From the NCBI GenBank assembly GCA_041920465.1, contig JBHGXW010000045.1:5233-69232 (forward strand): a stretch of DNA of 64,000 bases, written 5' to 3'. The notes beneath the pieces were generated by a model. It did not search any database. It had not been told where the DNA came from and saw nothing but the letters and a program-made list of their open reading frames with translations. Source of the stretch: Paenibacillaceae bacterium. Its GTDB lineage: Bacteria; Bacillota; Bacilli; Brevibacillales; Brevibacillaceae. The translations under genes and the position numbers were made by a program. This document shows, piece after piece, positions 1 to 10,438 of this stretch (position 1 is its first letter; every line of letters begins with the position of its first letter).

Positions 1-1
1 A

Positions 2-967
2 TGGGGAGGAGCCGGCGCGGACTTCATGTCATATATTTTGGCAATTCATGAGATATCCAAGGTTAGCGCGACAGTAGGGGTAATTCTCTCAGTCCATACA
101 TCTGTAGGCACCAATCCGATTCTCTACTTCGGCAGTCACGAACAAAAGAATAAATACGTCAGAAAGCTGGCGGCTGGAGAATACCTTGGCGCCTTTGCAC
201 TCACGGAACCAAGTGCCGGATCAGATGCCGGCAGTATTCGTACAACAGCGGTCCGCCAAGGGGACGAATACATTCTGAATGGTTCGAAGATATTTATTAC
301 CAACGGCGGCGAAGCGGATGTTTATATTACATTTGCCGTAACCGACCCTTCCAAAGGAACCAGAGGAATCAGTGCGTTTATCGTCGAAAAAGATACCCCA
401 GGATTTACCGTCGGGAAGAAAGAAAAGAAAATGGGTCTGCATGGCTCCAACACGACAGAGCTGATTTTCGAAGATGCAAGAGTGCCTGCCGAAAATCTGC
501 TTGGAAAAGAAGGAGACGGCTTCACCATTGCGATGGCTAACCTCGATTCCGGGCGGATCGGCATTGCCGCACAAGCTTTGGGAATTGCGGAAGCAGCTTT
601 TGAGTACGCCAAAGAATACGCAAAAGAACGCAAGCAATTCGGAGAGCCGATTGCCCATAAGCAAGCCATTGCCTTCAAGCTGGCCGATATGGCTACATTG
701 GTTGAGGCTGCCCGACTGCTTGTCTTCCAGGCCGCATCGCTTAGAAACCAAGGACGCCCTTGCGGAAAAGAAGCTTCCATGGCCAAACGTTTTGCTTCCG
801 ATGCGGCAATGAAAATCACGACAGAAGCCATCCAGGTATTCGGCGGATATGGCTACAGCCGTGAGTATCCGGTGGAGCGCTTGTTCCGCGATGCCAAGAT
901 CACCCAGATCTACGAAGGCACCAATCAGATTCAAAGAATCGTTATCGCTAAGCATTTATTCTCATAA
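2..967 (+). CDS. acyl-CoA dehydrogenase (5'-truncated by window edge)
   Basis: The frame is open from position 2 (WGGAGADF precedes the ORF-track Met). Motifs [47 protein letters not shown]. Confidence 0.95.
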   Translation, partial: WGGAGADFMSYILAIHEISKVSATVGVILSVHTSVGTNPILYFGSHEQKNKYVRKLAAGEYLGAFALTEPSAGSDAGSIRTTAVRQGDEYILNGSKIFITNGGEADVYITFAVTDPSKGTRGISAFIVEKDTPGFTVGKKEKKMGLHGSNTTELIFEDARVPAENLLGKEGDGFTIAMANLDSGRIGIAAQALGIAEAAFEYAKEYAKERKQFGEPIAHKQAIAFKLADMATLVEAARLLVFQAASLRNQGRPCGKEASMAKRFASDAAMKITTEAIQVFGGYGYSREYPVERLFRDAKITQIYEGTNQIQRIVIAKHLFS

Positions 968-992
968 ACCTAATTGTCAGGAGTGTAGAGAA

Positions 993-2135
993 ATGGACTT
1001 TCGTTTAACCGAAGAACAAGAAATGCTGCGCAAAATGATCAGGGATTTCGCTGAGGAGCATGTAGCCCCTACAGCAGCGGAACGCGATGAAGAAGAGCGT
1101 TTTGATCGTTCCATCTTCGAGAAGATGGCTGAGCTTGGCCTTACCGGTATCCCATGGCCGGAAGAATACGGCGGAGCAGGGGCAGACTATGTAAGCTATG
1201 TCTTGGCGGTAGAAGAGCTTTCCCGTGTTGACGCATCGATTGGTGTTACCCTTTCCGCTCATGTATCGCTGGCCAGTTGGCCGATCTACAAGTTTGGAAC
1301 GGAAGAACAAAAACAAAAATTCCTCCGCCCGCTTGCAGAAGGCAAGAAAATGGGCGCATACTGCTTGACCGAGCCTGGCTCCGGTTCCGACTCTGCCGGC
1401 ATGCGCACAACTGCGGTGAAAGACGGCGACCATTATATTTTGAACGGAAGCAAAATCTTTATTACCAATGCGGGTGAAGCGGAAATTTATATTGTGTTTG
1501 CCGTTACCGATCCAACGCTTAAACATAAAGGAGTTACCGCATTTATCGTCGAAAAAGGAATGCCGGGCTTCACTATGGGTAAAAAAGAGAAGAAACTGGG
1601 TATCCGTTCTTCCACAACATTAGAAGTAATCTTTGAAGATGTTCGCGTACCCAAAGAAAACATGCTGGGTGAAGAAGGCCAAGGCTTCAAAATTGCCATG
1701 ATGACCCTTGACGGAGGTCGTAACGGAATTGCGGCACAAGCTTTGGGGATTGCCCAAGGAGCTTATGAACACGCTCTTAATTATGCCAAAGAACGCAACC
1801 AGTTCGGCAAACCGATTGCCGCGTTGCAGGCGATCCAGTTCAAGCTGGCCGATATGGCAACCAAGATTGAGGCTGCCCGTTTGCTCACCTATCAGGCTGC
1901 CTGGCTGGAAGATCAAGGACTGCCGTATGGCAAAGCATCTGCCATGTCCAAAGTATTTGCCGGCGATACAGCAATGGAAGTAACGACGGAAGCGGTGCAA
2001 ATCTTTGGCGGATATGGCTACACCCGCGAATATCCGGTTGAACGCTTCATGCGCGATGCGAAAATTACCCAAATCTATGAAGGTACAAACGAAATTCAAC
2101 GTGTCGTAATTAGTAACTACCTCCTCAAAGAATAG
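993..2135 (+). CDS. acdA: acyl-CoA dehydrogenase (short/branched-chain type)
   Basis: ATG at 993 after aggag RBS. Motifs [53 protein letters not shown]. Confidence 0.93.
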   Translation: MDFRLTEEQEMLRKMIRDFAEEHVAPTAAERDEEERFDRSIFEKMAELGLTGIPWPEEYGGAGADYVSYVLAVEELSRVDASIGVTLSAHVSLASWPIYKFGTEEQKQKFLRPLAEGKKMGAYCLTEPGSGSDSAGMRTTAVKDGDHYILNGSKIFITNAGEAEIYIVFAVTDPTLKHKGVTAFIVEKGMPGFTMGKKEKKLGIRSSTTLEVIFEDVRVPKENMLGEEGQGFKIAMMTLDGGRNGIAAQALGIAQGAYEHALNYAKERNQFGKPIAALQAIQFKLADMATKIEAARLLTYQAAWLEDQGLPYGKASAMSKVFAGDTAMEVTTEAVQIFGGYGYTREYPVERFMRDAKITQIYEGTNEIQRVVISNYLLKE

Positions 2136-2148
2136 AGGGAACAACGTT

Positions 2149-3090
2149 ATGCACGAAATTACTCGTCGGATTCTCGCAGGTGATGTGCGGGGGGCAGCCC
2201 GCGCCATTACCTGCATAGAGAACGATTATCCGGAGCGGACCCAAATCTTGCGGGAGATTTTTCCTTATACCGGACGAGCCAAATTAATCGGGATTACCGG
2301 TACTCCCGGTGCGGGGAAAAGTTCACTGGTAGACTCTCTCATCAGCTATCTTCGCTCCAAACAATTGAGTGTCGGTATTGTTGCAGTTGATCCGACCAGT
2401 CCTTTTACGGGCGGGGCATTGCTGGGAGATCGGGTGCGGATGCAGAAGCATGCAACTGATCCAGGGGTGTTTATCCGCAGCATGGGAACGAGGGGAAGTC
2501 TCGGCGGCTTATCCCGCAACACCAAAGATGCTGTCCGAATCCTGGATGCATACGGGTGTGACATCATCCTGATCGAAACGGTTGGGGTTGGCCAATCTGA
2601 ATTGGATGTTATGAATATTGTCGATTCCACCCTTGTGCTGTTGAATCCGGGCGGTGGAGATTCGGTTCAGGCTTTCAAAGCAGGGATCATGGAGATAGCC
2701 GATTTATTCGTCATTAATAAGGCAGATCTTCCGGGCGCGGATAAATTGGAAATCGAAGTGGAGCAGATGCTGGATTTGGTCAAACATGATGCCCCGTGGC
2801 GTCCGCCGGTAATTAAAACAATTTCGACCCAGAACCAAGGCATTGATCAACTGTGGCAGGAAACGATCCGTCACCATGAATATCTTCACCAAAGCGGGGA
2901 ATGGGAGCAAAGAAGATCCCGCCATCTGCGTGAGGAAGTTGTAGATATTGTGAACCATCAAATCTATCAGCGGATGATTCGCGGGATTGAGTCGGGAGCT
3001 TTTGCCGAACAATTGGCTAACGTAGCGGCAAGACGGGAAGATCCATACGGCGTAGCTGATGAGATAGTCAAGAAATGGTTTCACGAATAG
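2149..3090 (+). CDS. meaB: MeaB/ArgK-family GTPase (B12-mutase chaperone)
   Basis: GITGTPGAGKSS P-loop, [33 protein letters not shown]. Confidence 0.93.
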   Translation: MHEITRRILAGDVRGAARAITCIENDYPERTQILREIFPYTGRAKLIGITGTPGAGKSSLVDSLISYLRSKQLSVGIVAVDPTSPFTGGALLGDRVRMQKHATDPGVFIRSMGTRGSLGGLSRNTKDAVRILDAYGCDIILIETVGVGQSELDVMNIVDSTLVLLNPGGGDSVQAFKAGIMEIADLFVINKADLPGADKLEIEVEQMLDLVKHDAPWRPPVIKTISTQNQGIDQLWQETIRHHEYLHQSGEWEQRRSRHLREEVVDIVNHQIYQRMIRGIESGAFAEQLANVAARREDPYGVADEIVKKWFHE

Positions 3091-3234
3091 TTCATGGGCG
3101 TACGTCATCGTGAGATTTAAGGATTGTAGAGCAGATTCCTCTAGACGTATAATAGTACAAAAGAGGTGCCGCAATCTTTAATTCTTAAATATCCTCTGAT
3201 CAAACGCTCAGTCAGGGGAAGGGGAGAGTCTGAC

Positions 3235-3864
3235 GTGATTGAAAAGAAGAAACTGATTCCTTCTCTGGTGAAGGATCCCAAATTAATAGAAAAACGCCGT
3301 GAACAAATCATCGAAGCAGCTGTTGACTTGTTTATTCACAAGGGATTTCACAAAACGACGACAAGAGAGATTGCCAGGGCTTCCGGTTTTAGTATCGGGA
3401 CGCTGTATGAATATATCGAGTCCAAGGAAGATGTCCTTTATCTAGTCTGCGACGCGATTCATGCAGAGGTGGAGAAACGCTTGCGTGAAGCCATCACGTT
3501 TAAAGGAACAGGGCTCAAAGTACTAAAAATGGCGCTAAGAAGCTTTTTCCGCGTGATGGACCAAATGAGCGACCGGGTACTCCTTATCTATCAAGAAACC
3601 AAGTCTTTGCCGCTCGAGACGCTTCGCTATGTGCTTGGCAGAGAAGAAGCCATTACCGCGATTTTTGAAGAAATCCTGCAAAAAGGCATTGCCGACGGAT
3701 CGATTACAATCGATGAGAAGCATGTCAAATTGATGGCTCACAACATTATGGTACTGGGTGAAATGTGGGTATTCAGACGCTGGACCATGCACAAGCATTA
3801 CACGCTGGATGAATATATCGAAAAGCAGACAGCCCTTCTGCTGCGGGAAGTTAGCGCCGAGTAG
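3235..3864 (+). CDS. TetR/AcrR-family transcriptional regulator
   Basis: GTG at 3235 after ggggag RBS. N-terminal HTH AAVDLFIHKGFHKTTTREIARASGFSIGTLYEY. Confidence 0.92.
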   Translation: MIEKKKLIPSLVKDPKLIEKRREQIIEAAVDLFIHKGFHKTTTREIARASGFSIGTLYEYIESKEDVLYLVCDAIHAEVEKRLREAITFKGTGLKVLKMALRSFFRVMDQMSDRVLLIYQETKSLPLETLRYVLGREEAITAIFEEILQKGIADGSITIDEKHVKLMAHNIMVLGEMWVFRRWTMHKHYTLDEYIEKQTALLLREVSAE

Positions 3865-3927
3865 GTAACGAGTAGGTTAACTTAGTGAAATCGGTTAAAT
3901 AGAGGAATGTAAGAGGAGGTACGAGAA

Positions 3928-6900
3928 ATGGAAACAGAAGTGTATCGCCCGACGAACAAAATTCGCTTTGTAACGGCAGCCAGCCTGTATGATGGCCATG
4001 ATGCCTCAATCAATATCATGCGGCGGATTCTTCAATCCTCTGGTGCGGAAGTGATTCACCTGGGGCACAACCGCTCCGTTGACGAAGTAGTAACTGCGGC
4101 CATTCAAGAGGATGTGCAGGGTATCGCTGTCAGCTCGTATCAGGGCGGCCACGTGGAGTATTTCAAGTATATGATTGATCTCTTGAGAGAACGCGGTGCC
4201 GGCCATATTCGCGTTTTTGGCGGCGGCGGCGGAGTTATTGTGCCGCGTGAAATCCGTGAGTTGGAAGAGTACGGGGTTGCGAAAATCTTTTCACCGGACG
4301 ACGGACGCACGCTTGGCCTGCAGGGCATGATCAATCACATGCTTCGAGAAACTGACTTTCCGACAGTGAAGCAGGTAGAACGAGAGATTGAAGAATTGCG
4401 TGAACAGAACCATAAAGCGGTAGCCCGTTTAATCTCTGTTGCGGAATATGCCGTCCAGAATTCCTCTGTTTTTCAACCGATTGAAGAAAAACTGCCGCAG
4501 CCTGAACACGTCATTCCCGTGTTAGGGATTACCGGTACGGGTGGAGCGGGAAAAAGTTCATTAACGGACGAACTGGTACGCCGCTACATCCATACATGGA
4601 ACGATAAAACGGTTGCCATTCTCTCCATCGATCCGTCTAAGCAAAAAACAGGCGGAGCGCTTCTCGGGGACCGGATTCGCATGAACGCCAACAATTCGCC
4701 GCGCGTCTTCATGCGAAGCTTGGCGACCCGTAAATCTGGCTCCGAGCTGTCTATGGCAGTAACAGACGCCTTGAAGGTGTTGAAAGCGGCCAAATTCGAT
4801 CTGATTATCGTGGAGACAAGCGGTATCGGCCAGGGAGACGCCCAAGTAAAAGATATTTGTGATGTCGCGATGTATGTCATGACAAGTGAGTTCGGGGCTC
4901 CGTCTCAGCTTGAGAAAATTGATATGCTGGATTTTGCCGATGTGATTGCCATCAATAAGTTTGATCGCAAAGGCTCTGAGGACGCGCTTCGTGAAGTGCG
5001 CAAACAGTATCGCCGCAATCACAGCCTGTTTGATTTGCCGGATGACAAGATTCCTGTATACGGTACGATTGCCAGCCAATTTAACGACCAGGGAACCAAT
5101 GTCCTGTTTGCCGCAGTAATGAAAAAAATTGTGGAGAAAACGGGTGTTGATTGGAATGTAGGCCACTTGGATTCCACTCCGGTAGCCGTCCAGAAGAAAT
5201 CGCTGATTCCGGCAGACCGTATTGGCTATCTTCAGGAGATTGCGAATACTGTGCGTAATTATCGCAAATTTACGGAAGAACAGTCGGGTATTGCCCGCAA
5301 GTTGTATCAATTGCATGGCGCGAAGGAGACGCTTCTCGCCGCCAATTTGGAAAATGGAAACGATTTGATTGCGGCAATTGATCGTCAAATCGCTCATTTT
5401 GAAAGCAAGCTGCATCCTGAATGCCGCCGTATTCTCGACAATTGGCCTTCCTTGAAAGAAGCTTATAAACAAGACCAACTCGTTACCAAAGTACGGGATA
5501 AGGAGATTGTTACCAAGCTGTATACCGAATCTCTCTCCGGTACCCGTATTCCGAAGGTAAGCCTCCCGCAGTTTGAAGATTGGGGCGAGATTCTCAAGTG
5601 GTCCTTGAAAGAAAACGTACCGGGTGAATTCCCGTATACCGCGGGGGTATTCCCGTTCAAGCGTGAAGGGGAGGATCCAAGACGCCAATTCGCCGGAGAG
5701 GGAACACCGGAGCGTACCAACCGCCGTTTCCACTTCTTGTCCAAGAACGATGAAGCTAAGCGTCTCAGTACCGCGTTTGACAGTGTTACGCTGTACGGGG
5801 AAGACCCTGACTACCGTCCGGACATTTACGGTAAAATTGGTACCAGTGGCGTAAGCATCTGTACCCTTGAGGACATGAAGAAGCTGTATGCAGGATTTGA
5901 CTTGTGTGCGCCGTCCACATCCGTTTCCATGACCATTAACGGGCCGGCCCCGATGATCCTTGCCATGTATATGAATACTGCCATCGATCAACAGGTGGAG
6001 AAGTTTGTGGAGCGGGAAGGACGCCAGCCGAATGCGGAGGAGCTTGAGAAGATTAAAGCCTACACGTTGGCTACTGTCCGCGGAACCGTTCAGGCGGATA
6101 TCCTGAAAGAAGATCAAGGACAGAATACGTGTATCTTCTCAACCGAGTTTGCGCTGCGGATGATGGGAGATATTCAGCAGTATTTCATTGACAACAAAGT
6201 ACGCAACTACTATTCCGTCTCCATCTCCGGGTACCATATTGCCGAAGCGGGTGCCAACCCGATTTCCCAATTGGCTTTCACGCTGGCTAACGGCTTCACC
6301 TACATTGAATATTATCTGAGCCGCGGCATGCACATTGACGATTTCGCGCCGAATTTGTCCTTTTTCTTCTCCAACGGTCTTGATCCGGAATATACCGTGA
6401 TTGGACGCGTTGCCCGCCGTATCTGGGCGACTGCGTTGAAGAACAAGTACGGAGCGAATGAGCGCAGCCAGAAGCTGAAGTACCATATTCAAACGTCCGG
6501 CCGATCTCTGCACGCGCAGGAAATGGATTTCAACGATATTCGCACGACACTTCAGGCATTGATTGCGATCTACGACAACTGCAACTCGCTTCACACCAAT
6601 GCGTACGATGAAGCCATCACAACGCCAACCGAGAATTCCGTACGCCGTGCGATGGCGATTCAGATGATTATCAACAAAGAGTTAGGCCTTGCCAAGAACG
6701 AAAATCCATTGCAAGGTTCCTTCATTATCGAAGAGTTAACGGACCTCGTCGAAGAAGCTGTTCTTCAGGAATTCGAGCGGATCAGTGCCCGCGGCGGCGT
6801 ATTGGGCGCGATGGAAACCCAGTATCAACGCGGCAAAATTCAAGATGAGTCGATGTACTACGAGATGAAGAAACATACCGGTGAATTGCCGATTATCGGG

Positions 6901-7179
6901 GTTAATACCTTCCTCAACCCGAATTCTTCTGAAGAAGACTACGAAATTGAACTGGCACGAGCGACTGAGGAGGAGAAAGAGCAGCAGATTCAGAACCTGC
7001 GCGCCTTCCAAGAGGCTCACCGCGAAGAAGCCGGTCCGGCGCTTCGCCGACTCCAGGAAGTGGCTGTTTCCGGCGGCAACATCTTTGCGGAGCTGATGGA
7101 AACGGTAAAAGTGGCTTCCCTTGGTCAAATTACCGCAGCCCTTTACGAAGTAGGCGGACAATACCGCCGCAATATGTAA
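3928..7179 (+). CDS. icmF: fused isobutyryl-CoA mutase/GTPase IcmF (AdoCbl-dependent)
   Basis: 1083 aa. N-terminal B12-binding domain (DGHD, LGHNRS), central G-domain (GTGGAGKSS), C-terminal mutase domain ([26 protein letters not shown]). Confidence 0.95.
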   Translation: METEVYRPTNKIRFVTAASLYDGHDASINIMRRILQSSGAEVIHLGHNRSVDEVVTAAIQEDVQGIAVSSYQGGHVEYFKYMIDLLRERGAGHIRVFGGGGGVIVPREIRELEEYGVAKIFSPDDGRTLGLQGMINHMLRETDFPTVKQVEREIEELREQNHKAVARLISVAEYAVQNSSVFQPIEEKLPQPEHVIPVLGITGTGGAGKSSLTDELVRRYIHTWNDKTVAILSIDPSKQKTGGALLGDRIRMNANNSPRVFMRSLATRKSGSELSMAVTDALKVLKAAKFDLIIVETSGIGQGDAQVKDICDVAMYVMTSEFGAPSQLEKIDMLDFADVIAINKFDRKGSEDALREVRKQYRRNHSLFDLPDDKIPVYGTIASQFNDQGTNVLFAAVMKKIVEKTGVDWNVGHLDSTPVAVQKKSLIPADRIGYLQEIANTVRNYRKFTEEQSGIARKLYQLHGAKETLLAANLENGNDLIAAIDRQIAHFESKLHPECRRILDNWPSLKEAYKQDQLVTKVRDKEIVTKLYTESLSGTRIPKVSLPQFEDWGEILKWSLKENVPGEFPYTAGVFPFKREGEDPRRQFAGEGTPERTNRRFHFLSKNDEAKRLSTAFDSVTLYGEDPDYRPDIYGKIGTSGVSICTLEDMKKLYAGFDLCAPSTSVSMTINGPAPMILAMYMNTAIDQQVEKFVEREGRQPNAEELEKIKAYTLATVRGTVQADILKEDQGQNTCIFSTEFALRMMGDIQQYFIDNKVRNYYSVSISGYHIAEAGANPISQLAFTLANGFTYIEYYLSRGMHIDDFAPNLSFFFSNGLDPEYTVIGRVARRIWATALKNKYGANERSQKLKYHIQTSGRSLHAQEMDFNDIRTTLQALIAIYDNCNSLHTNAYDEAITTPTENSVRRAMAIQMIINKELGLAKNENPLQGSFIIEELTDLVEEAVLQEFERISARGGVLGAMETQYQRGKIQDESMYYEMKKHTGELPIIGVNTFLNPNSSEEDYEIELARATEEEKEQQIQNLRAFQEAHREEAGPALRRLQEVAVSGGNIFAELMETVKVASLGQITAALYEVGGQYRRNM

Positions 7180-7183
7180 AGTT

Positions 7184-7224
7184 ACCCACACGGCGTTAGC
7201 TTACGCAGTGCCGTGCGGGACCCC
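7184..7224 (-). repeat. REP-like hairpin R1 (reverse orientation)
   Basis: Reverse complement ggggt-cccgcacggc-15 nt-gccgtgtggg-t matches the family consensus; lies 5 nt after the icmF stop. Confidence 0.8.
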
Positions 7225-7260
7225 AGTTCTTCTGGCATGGCAGCATCGGCTAAATACAAG

Positions 7261-7295
7261 ATCCCCCGGAGCATTTTTGCCCGAGGGATTTTTTT
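7261..7295 (+). terminator. intrinsic terminator after icmF
   Basis: atccc...gggat stem followed by a T-run. Confidence 0.6.
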
Positions 7296-7652
7296 GTAAT
7301 ATTGCACTAGCATTGCATAAAACTTTATGGTTCTTGTCAAGCAAACTAACTTGTTGGGCATAGCAGTAAACTTAGGGTATTAATTGGTATTTAGAATCTT
7401 CCGTCTTTTTGTTGATTGACTTTTCAAGCAAAAAGGCCATAAACAAATTCGTTAAGATGCTCTATATCACCGATTTCAAACTGGCACAGAGTTTCCTCAT
7501 AGATCTTCTCAGGATTCCATTAAGCTTTTTTCAATTTGAATTATTTTATGGCTTGCAACGGAAGGAAAAAATACGATGGAGGATCCTGGAACTTTGCAAA
7601 TAAAAATAAAATAATAAGGTGTGCCTTGATCGTAAAAGCAATAAAAATGTTG

Positions 7653-7693
7653 TTGACATATATTTGTATGGCGGTTATATTTGTATCATACAA
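7653..7693 (+). promoter_or_regulatory. sigma-A promoter of marR with overlapping palindrome
   Basis: TTGACA (7653-7658), 17 bp, TATATT (7676-7681). Palindrome TTGTAT-C-ATACAA at 7681-7693. Confidence 0.7.
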
Positions 7694-7747
7694 TAATACA
7701 CATTATGCATTTTTTGTATGGTGTTCAATATAGTGAAAGGAGTTCCA

Positions 7748-8191
7748 ATGAACACATCACTTTTCCATGAGTTTGTAAATGAAGTTATTAAAATGTCTGG
7801 ACTACTCGGGAGAGAAACGTCGGTAGTCGCGAACTTAACTCCAAAACAGTGTCATATCATTATGGAAATTGGCACGAAAACTCTGCGTAATGGAGATTTG
7901 GCCATCTCATTAGGTGTTGATCCGTCGACTTTGACTAGAACGCTGGAACCCTTGGTTAAACATGGATTATTAAAGCGAGATCTCAATCCAACCAATCGCA
8001 GAGAAGTTTTAATTAGCCTCACTGATGCAGGTTTGGACACTTTACAGTTTATCCAAAGTCAATTGCACAATATGTTTAACCACATATTGTCTCAAATCCC
8101 GAGTGATCGTAGGCAGGAGGTTGAAAATAGTTTAGGGTTATTGCTTTCCATCATGAAAAGTAAAAACCATCACTCCCATATGCTTAAATAA
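7748..8191 (+). CDS. MarR-family transcriptional regulator
   Basis: ATG at 7748 after aaggag. LAISLGVDPSTLTRTLEPLVKHGLLKR...DRREVLISLT-type wHTH (here NRREVLISLT). Confidence 0.92.
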   Translation: MNTSLFHEFVNEVIKMSGLLGRETSVVANLTPKQCHIIMEIGTKTLRNGDLAISLGVDPSTLTRTLEPLVKHGLLKRDLNPTNRREVLISLTDAGLDTLQFIQSQLHNMFNHILSQIPSDRRQEVENSLGLLLSIMKSKNHHSHMLK

Positions 8192-8334
8192 GAAGAGGGT
8201 GGGTGATTTCTCACCCATTCCGATTCTTTGGTGAAAAAAATGATTGTCCAGGAAGGAGAGATGTAAAAAATTTTAGCATTTCATATACCGTACTGCCGTA
8301 TAGTATATTTTGTGAAGTGGAAGGATGATTTCAT

Positions 8335-9855
8335 TTGAAGACAAATGTTGGAGCTGTTCTTATCGCTCTGTTATTGGGCGTATTCATGGAGAATTTAGAT
8401 CACACTATCATGGCATCTGCACTACCCACAATCGTTTCAGACTTGAGTGGCATGGATATCTTTTCTTGGGTATTTTCTGTTTATCTCTTAACCTCAACGA
8501 TTTTTATTCCGGTTTTCGGAAAGTTAGCGGATCAATACGGTAAGAAACCGTTTCTATTGATCGGATTTATTACTTTCGTGTTGGCGTCAATTTTATCAGC
8601 CAATGCAGAAACAATGGGACAGCTTATTTTGTACCGTGCCTTGCAAGGAATGGGAGCAGCACCGCTGATGCCAATTGCTTTCTCGATGATATTTGACCTT
8701 GTCAAACCAGAGAAACAAGGCCATATGCAAGGGTTATTTGCGATCGTAAACGGCGTTTCCATGATTGCCGGACCCATTGTAGGTGCCTTTTTAACTGATC
8801 ACTTTGGTTGGAACTGGGTCTTTCTCATCAATATCCCGCTCGGTGTGATCGCAACCATTCTCATCCTTCTGTTCTACAAGGAGCAAAAAGTGAGTAAACA
8901 AGCATCTATTGATTATGCCGGTACGGTTCTATTGGTGATGGCTATTACACCATTCATGCTGGGGCTGGTTATGGGAGGAAAAGAATATGGCTGGTTATCA
9001 TGGCAGATTATCGGTCTATTTACGACAAGTTTCTTTTTCTCTTATCTCTTGATCCAAATTGAGAAAAAAGCGAAGGAGCCTATCATATCATTACAGCTTT
9101 TTAATCGTAAGGTAGTATCATCCACAAGTATCGCGTTCCTCCAAGGGATCGTTTTGATCGGTGTAATGACTTATATTCCTTTCTTCATTCAAGGGATTTG
9201 GGGAGGGACTGCCACACAGGTTGGAAATTTGATAACCGGAATGATTATAGCCCTTATGGTAGGAGCAGCCATGGGAAGTCATCTTATGGCGAAAATGTCA
9301 GCTAGAGCCCTCATTGTTTTTTCGGCAATCCTTATGGCGGGAAGCAGTGTCGCTTTCGTTCAATTAGAAGCTAGCTCTACTCCCTTGTTTTTGTTGATTA
9401 CACTTATTGTCATGGGATTAGGTATGGGGCCGCTGATGCCGCTTACCACTCTTCTTGCACAGAATGCCGTGTCAAAAGAACATACCACGAGTGTTACCTC
9501 GCTTGTCTCTTTCTATCGGAATATCGGAATGGCAGTAGGAAGCAATATTCTTGCGATATTTGTAAATCTCGGTTTGAGCACCTCTATGGATAAAATTGCG
9601 AAAGATTTTACAAACATTTCGCCACAAATTTTGGCAAGAATTGAGGATCCGAATCTGTTACTGAATGGAAAACTCCAAGCTGGAATACCACAAGAACTTA
9701 TCAACCTTATGAAGGCGGGATTAAGCATAGGTATTTCCAACGTATTTATTGCTTGTTTCGCTGTGATCGCACTGATGATTCTCTTTAGTTTACTTGCAGG
9801 TAAAGAAAAACTCGTAAGTCATTCGGACGGACAAAAGAAATTTGGTTTCCATTAA
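8335..9855 (+). CDS. MFS drug:H+ antiporter, DHA2 (14-TMS) type
   Basis: TTG start. LDHTIMASALPTI, FGKLADQYGKK (motif A), RALQGMG, GPIVGAFLTDHFGWNWVFLINIPLG. Confidence 0.93.
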   Translation: MKTNVGAVLIALLLGVFMENLDHTIMASALPTIVSDLSGMDIFSWVFSVYLLTSTIFIPVFGKLADQYGKKPFLLIGFITFVLASILSANAETMGQLILYRALQGMGAAPLMPIAFSMIFDLVKPEKQGHMQGLFAIVNGVSMIAGPIVGAFLTDHFGWNWVFLINIPLGVIATILILLFYKEQKVSKQASIDYAGTVLLVMAITPFMLGLVMGGKEYGWLSWQIIGLFTTSFFFSYLLIQIEKKAKEPIISLQLFNRKVVSSTSIAFLQGIVLIGVMTYIPFFIQGIWGGTATQVGNLITGMIIALMVGAAMGSHLMAKMSARALIVFSAILMAGSSVAFVQLEASSTPLFLLITLIVMGLGMGPLMPLTTLLAQNAVSKEHTTSVTSLVSFYRNIGMAVGSNILAIFVNLGLSTSMDKIAKDFTNISPQILARIEDPNLLLNGKLQAGIPQELINLMKAGLSIGISNVFIACFAVIALMILFSLLAGKEKLVSHSDGQKKFGFH

Positions 9856-9894
9856 AATACTGCAATTTGCATATGTACTTAGGGAGGAAAAGAA

Positions 9895-10419
9895 ATGAAC
9901 ATACAGCTTTTACAGTGGGGAATGTTTTCCTTTATGCTGGGACTGGTCTTGTCCCTGCCGCTTGCGGCTGTTTATTACCAAAAGAATTCACCGTTAACGA
10001 AAATTTTTACGAACCCCAGAAAGCTAAAATCAGCCCATCTCGATTTTTTCACGCAAGCTTTTGCCAGCGCATTTGTGTATCTGTTGGAATTTTGTACAAA
10101 AATGGAGTTTCCAAATTACGTGGTCATACCCCTTGTTTTTGGAACCATAGTGAATCCGCTGATCCTACTAATAGAATCTACACCCATATACCGTTCAGGA
10201 TACTTTAAAATTGTATACATGCTACTTCGAGTAACAAGTCCACTGTCGTTGTTTTTTGCTTGGACTGTCATAGCTGTAGTCTTTTTGCCGGGACTCTTGA
10301 AACTCCTGCTGGTTATCTTTATTCTGGTTGGGCTGTTGCTGATCTTGGTCTATTATGGGAAATTCAACCAACTGACTGATAGCTCTCCTCGATTTCGGCA
10401 GGATGAGCACCAGGTTTGA
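9895..10419 (+). CDS. small integral membrane protein, hydroxylaminobenzene mutase / styrene oxide isomerase-like
   Basis: aggagg RBS and 4-5 hydrophobic segments. LLQWGMFSFMLGLVL...NPRKLKSAHLD resembles, from memory, the Hab-mutase N-terminal pattern (G..LF.LGL...NPRMGLSAHLE). CDS is confident; family call is tentative. Confidence 0.55.
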   Translation: MNIQLLQWGMFSFMLGLVLSLPLAAVYYQKNSPLTKIFTNPRKLKSAHLDFFTQAFASAFVYLLEFCTKMEFPNYVVIPLVFGTIVNPLILLIESTPIYRSGYFKIVYMLLRVTSPLSLFFAWTVIAVVFLPGLLKLLLVIFILVGLLLILVYYGKFNQLTDSSPRFRQDEHQV

Positions 10420-10438
10420 TTGAACTCAGGAGGTAATA

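Noticed and set aside
1-25. ggggagga at the window start looks like an RBS for ATG 26
   Set aside because: It is in-frame coding sequence (WGGAGADF) of a gene that starts before the window.
3865-3927. Cobalamin riboswitch expected before icmF
   Set aside because: The intergenic region is only about 60 nt and shows no B12-box.
7424-7519. Minus-strand peptide WNPEKIYEETLCQFEIGDIEHLNEFVYGLFA
   Set aside because: Protein-like but short, bounded by stops and matching no family I recognise; possibly debris.
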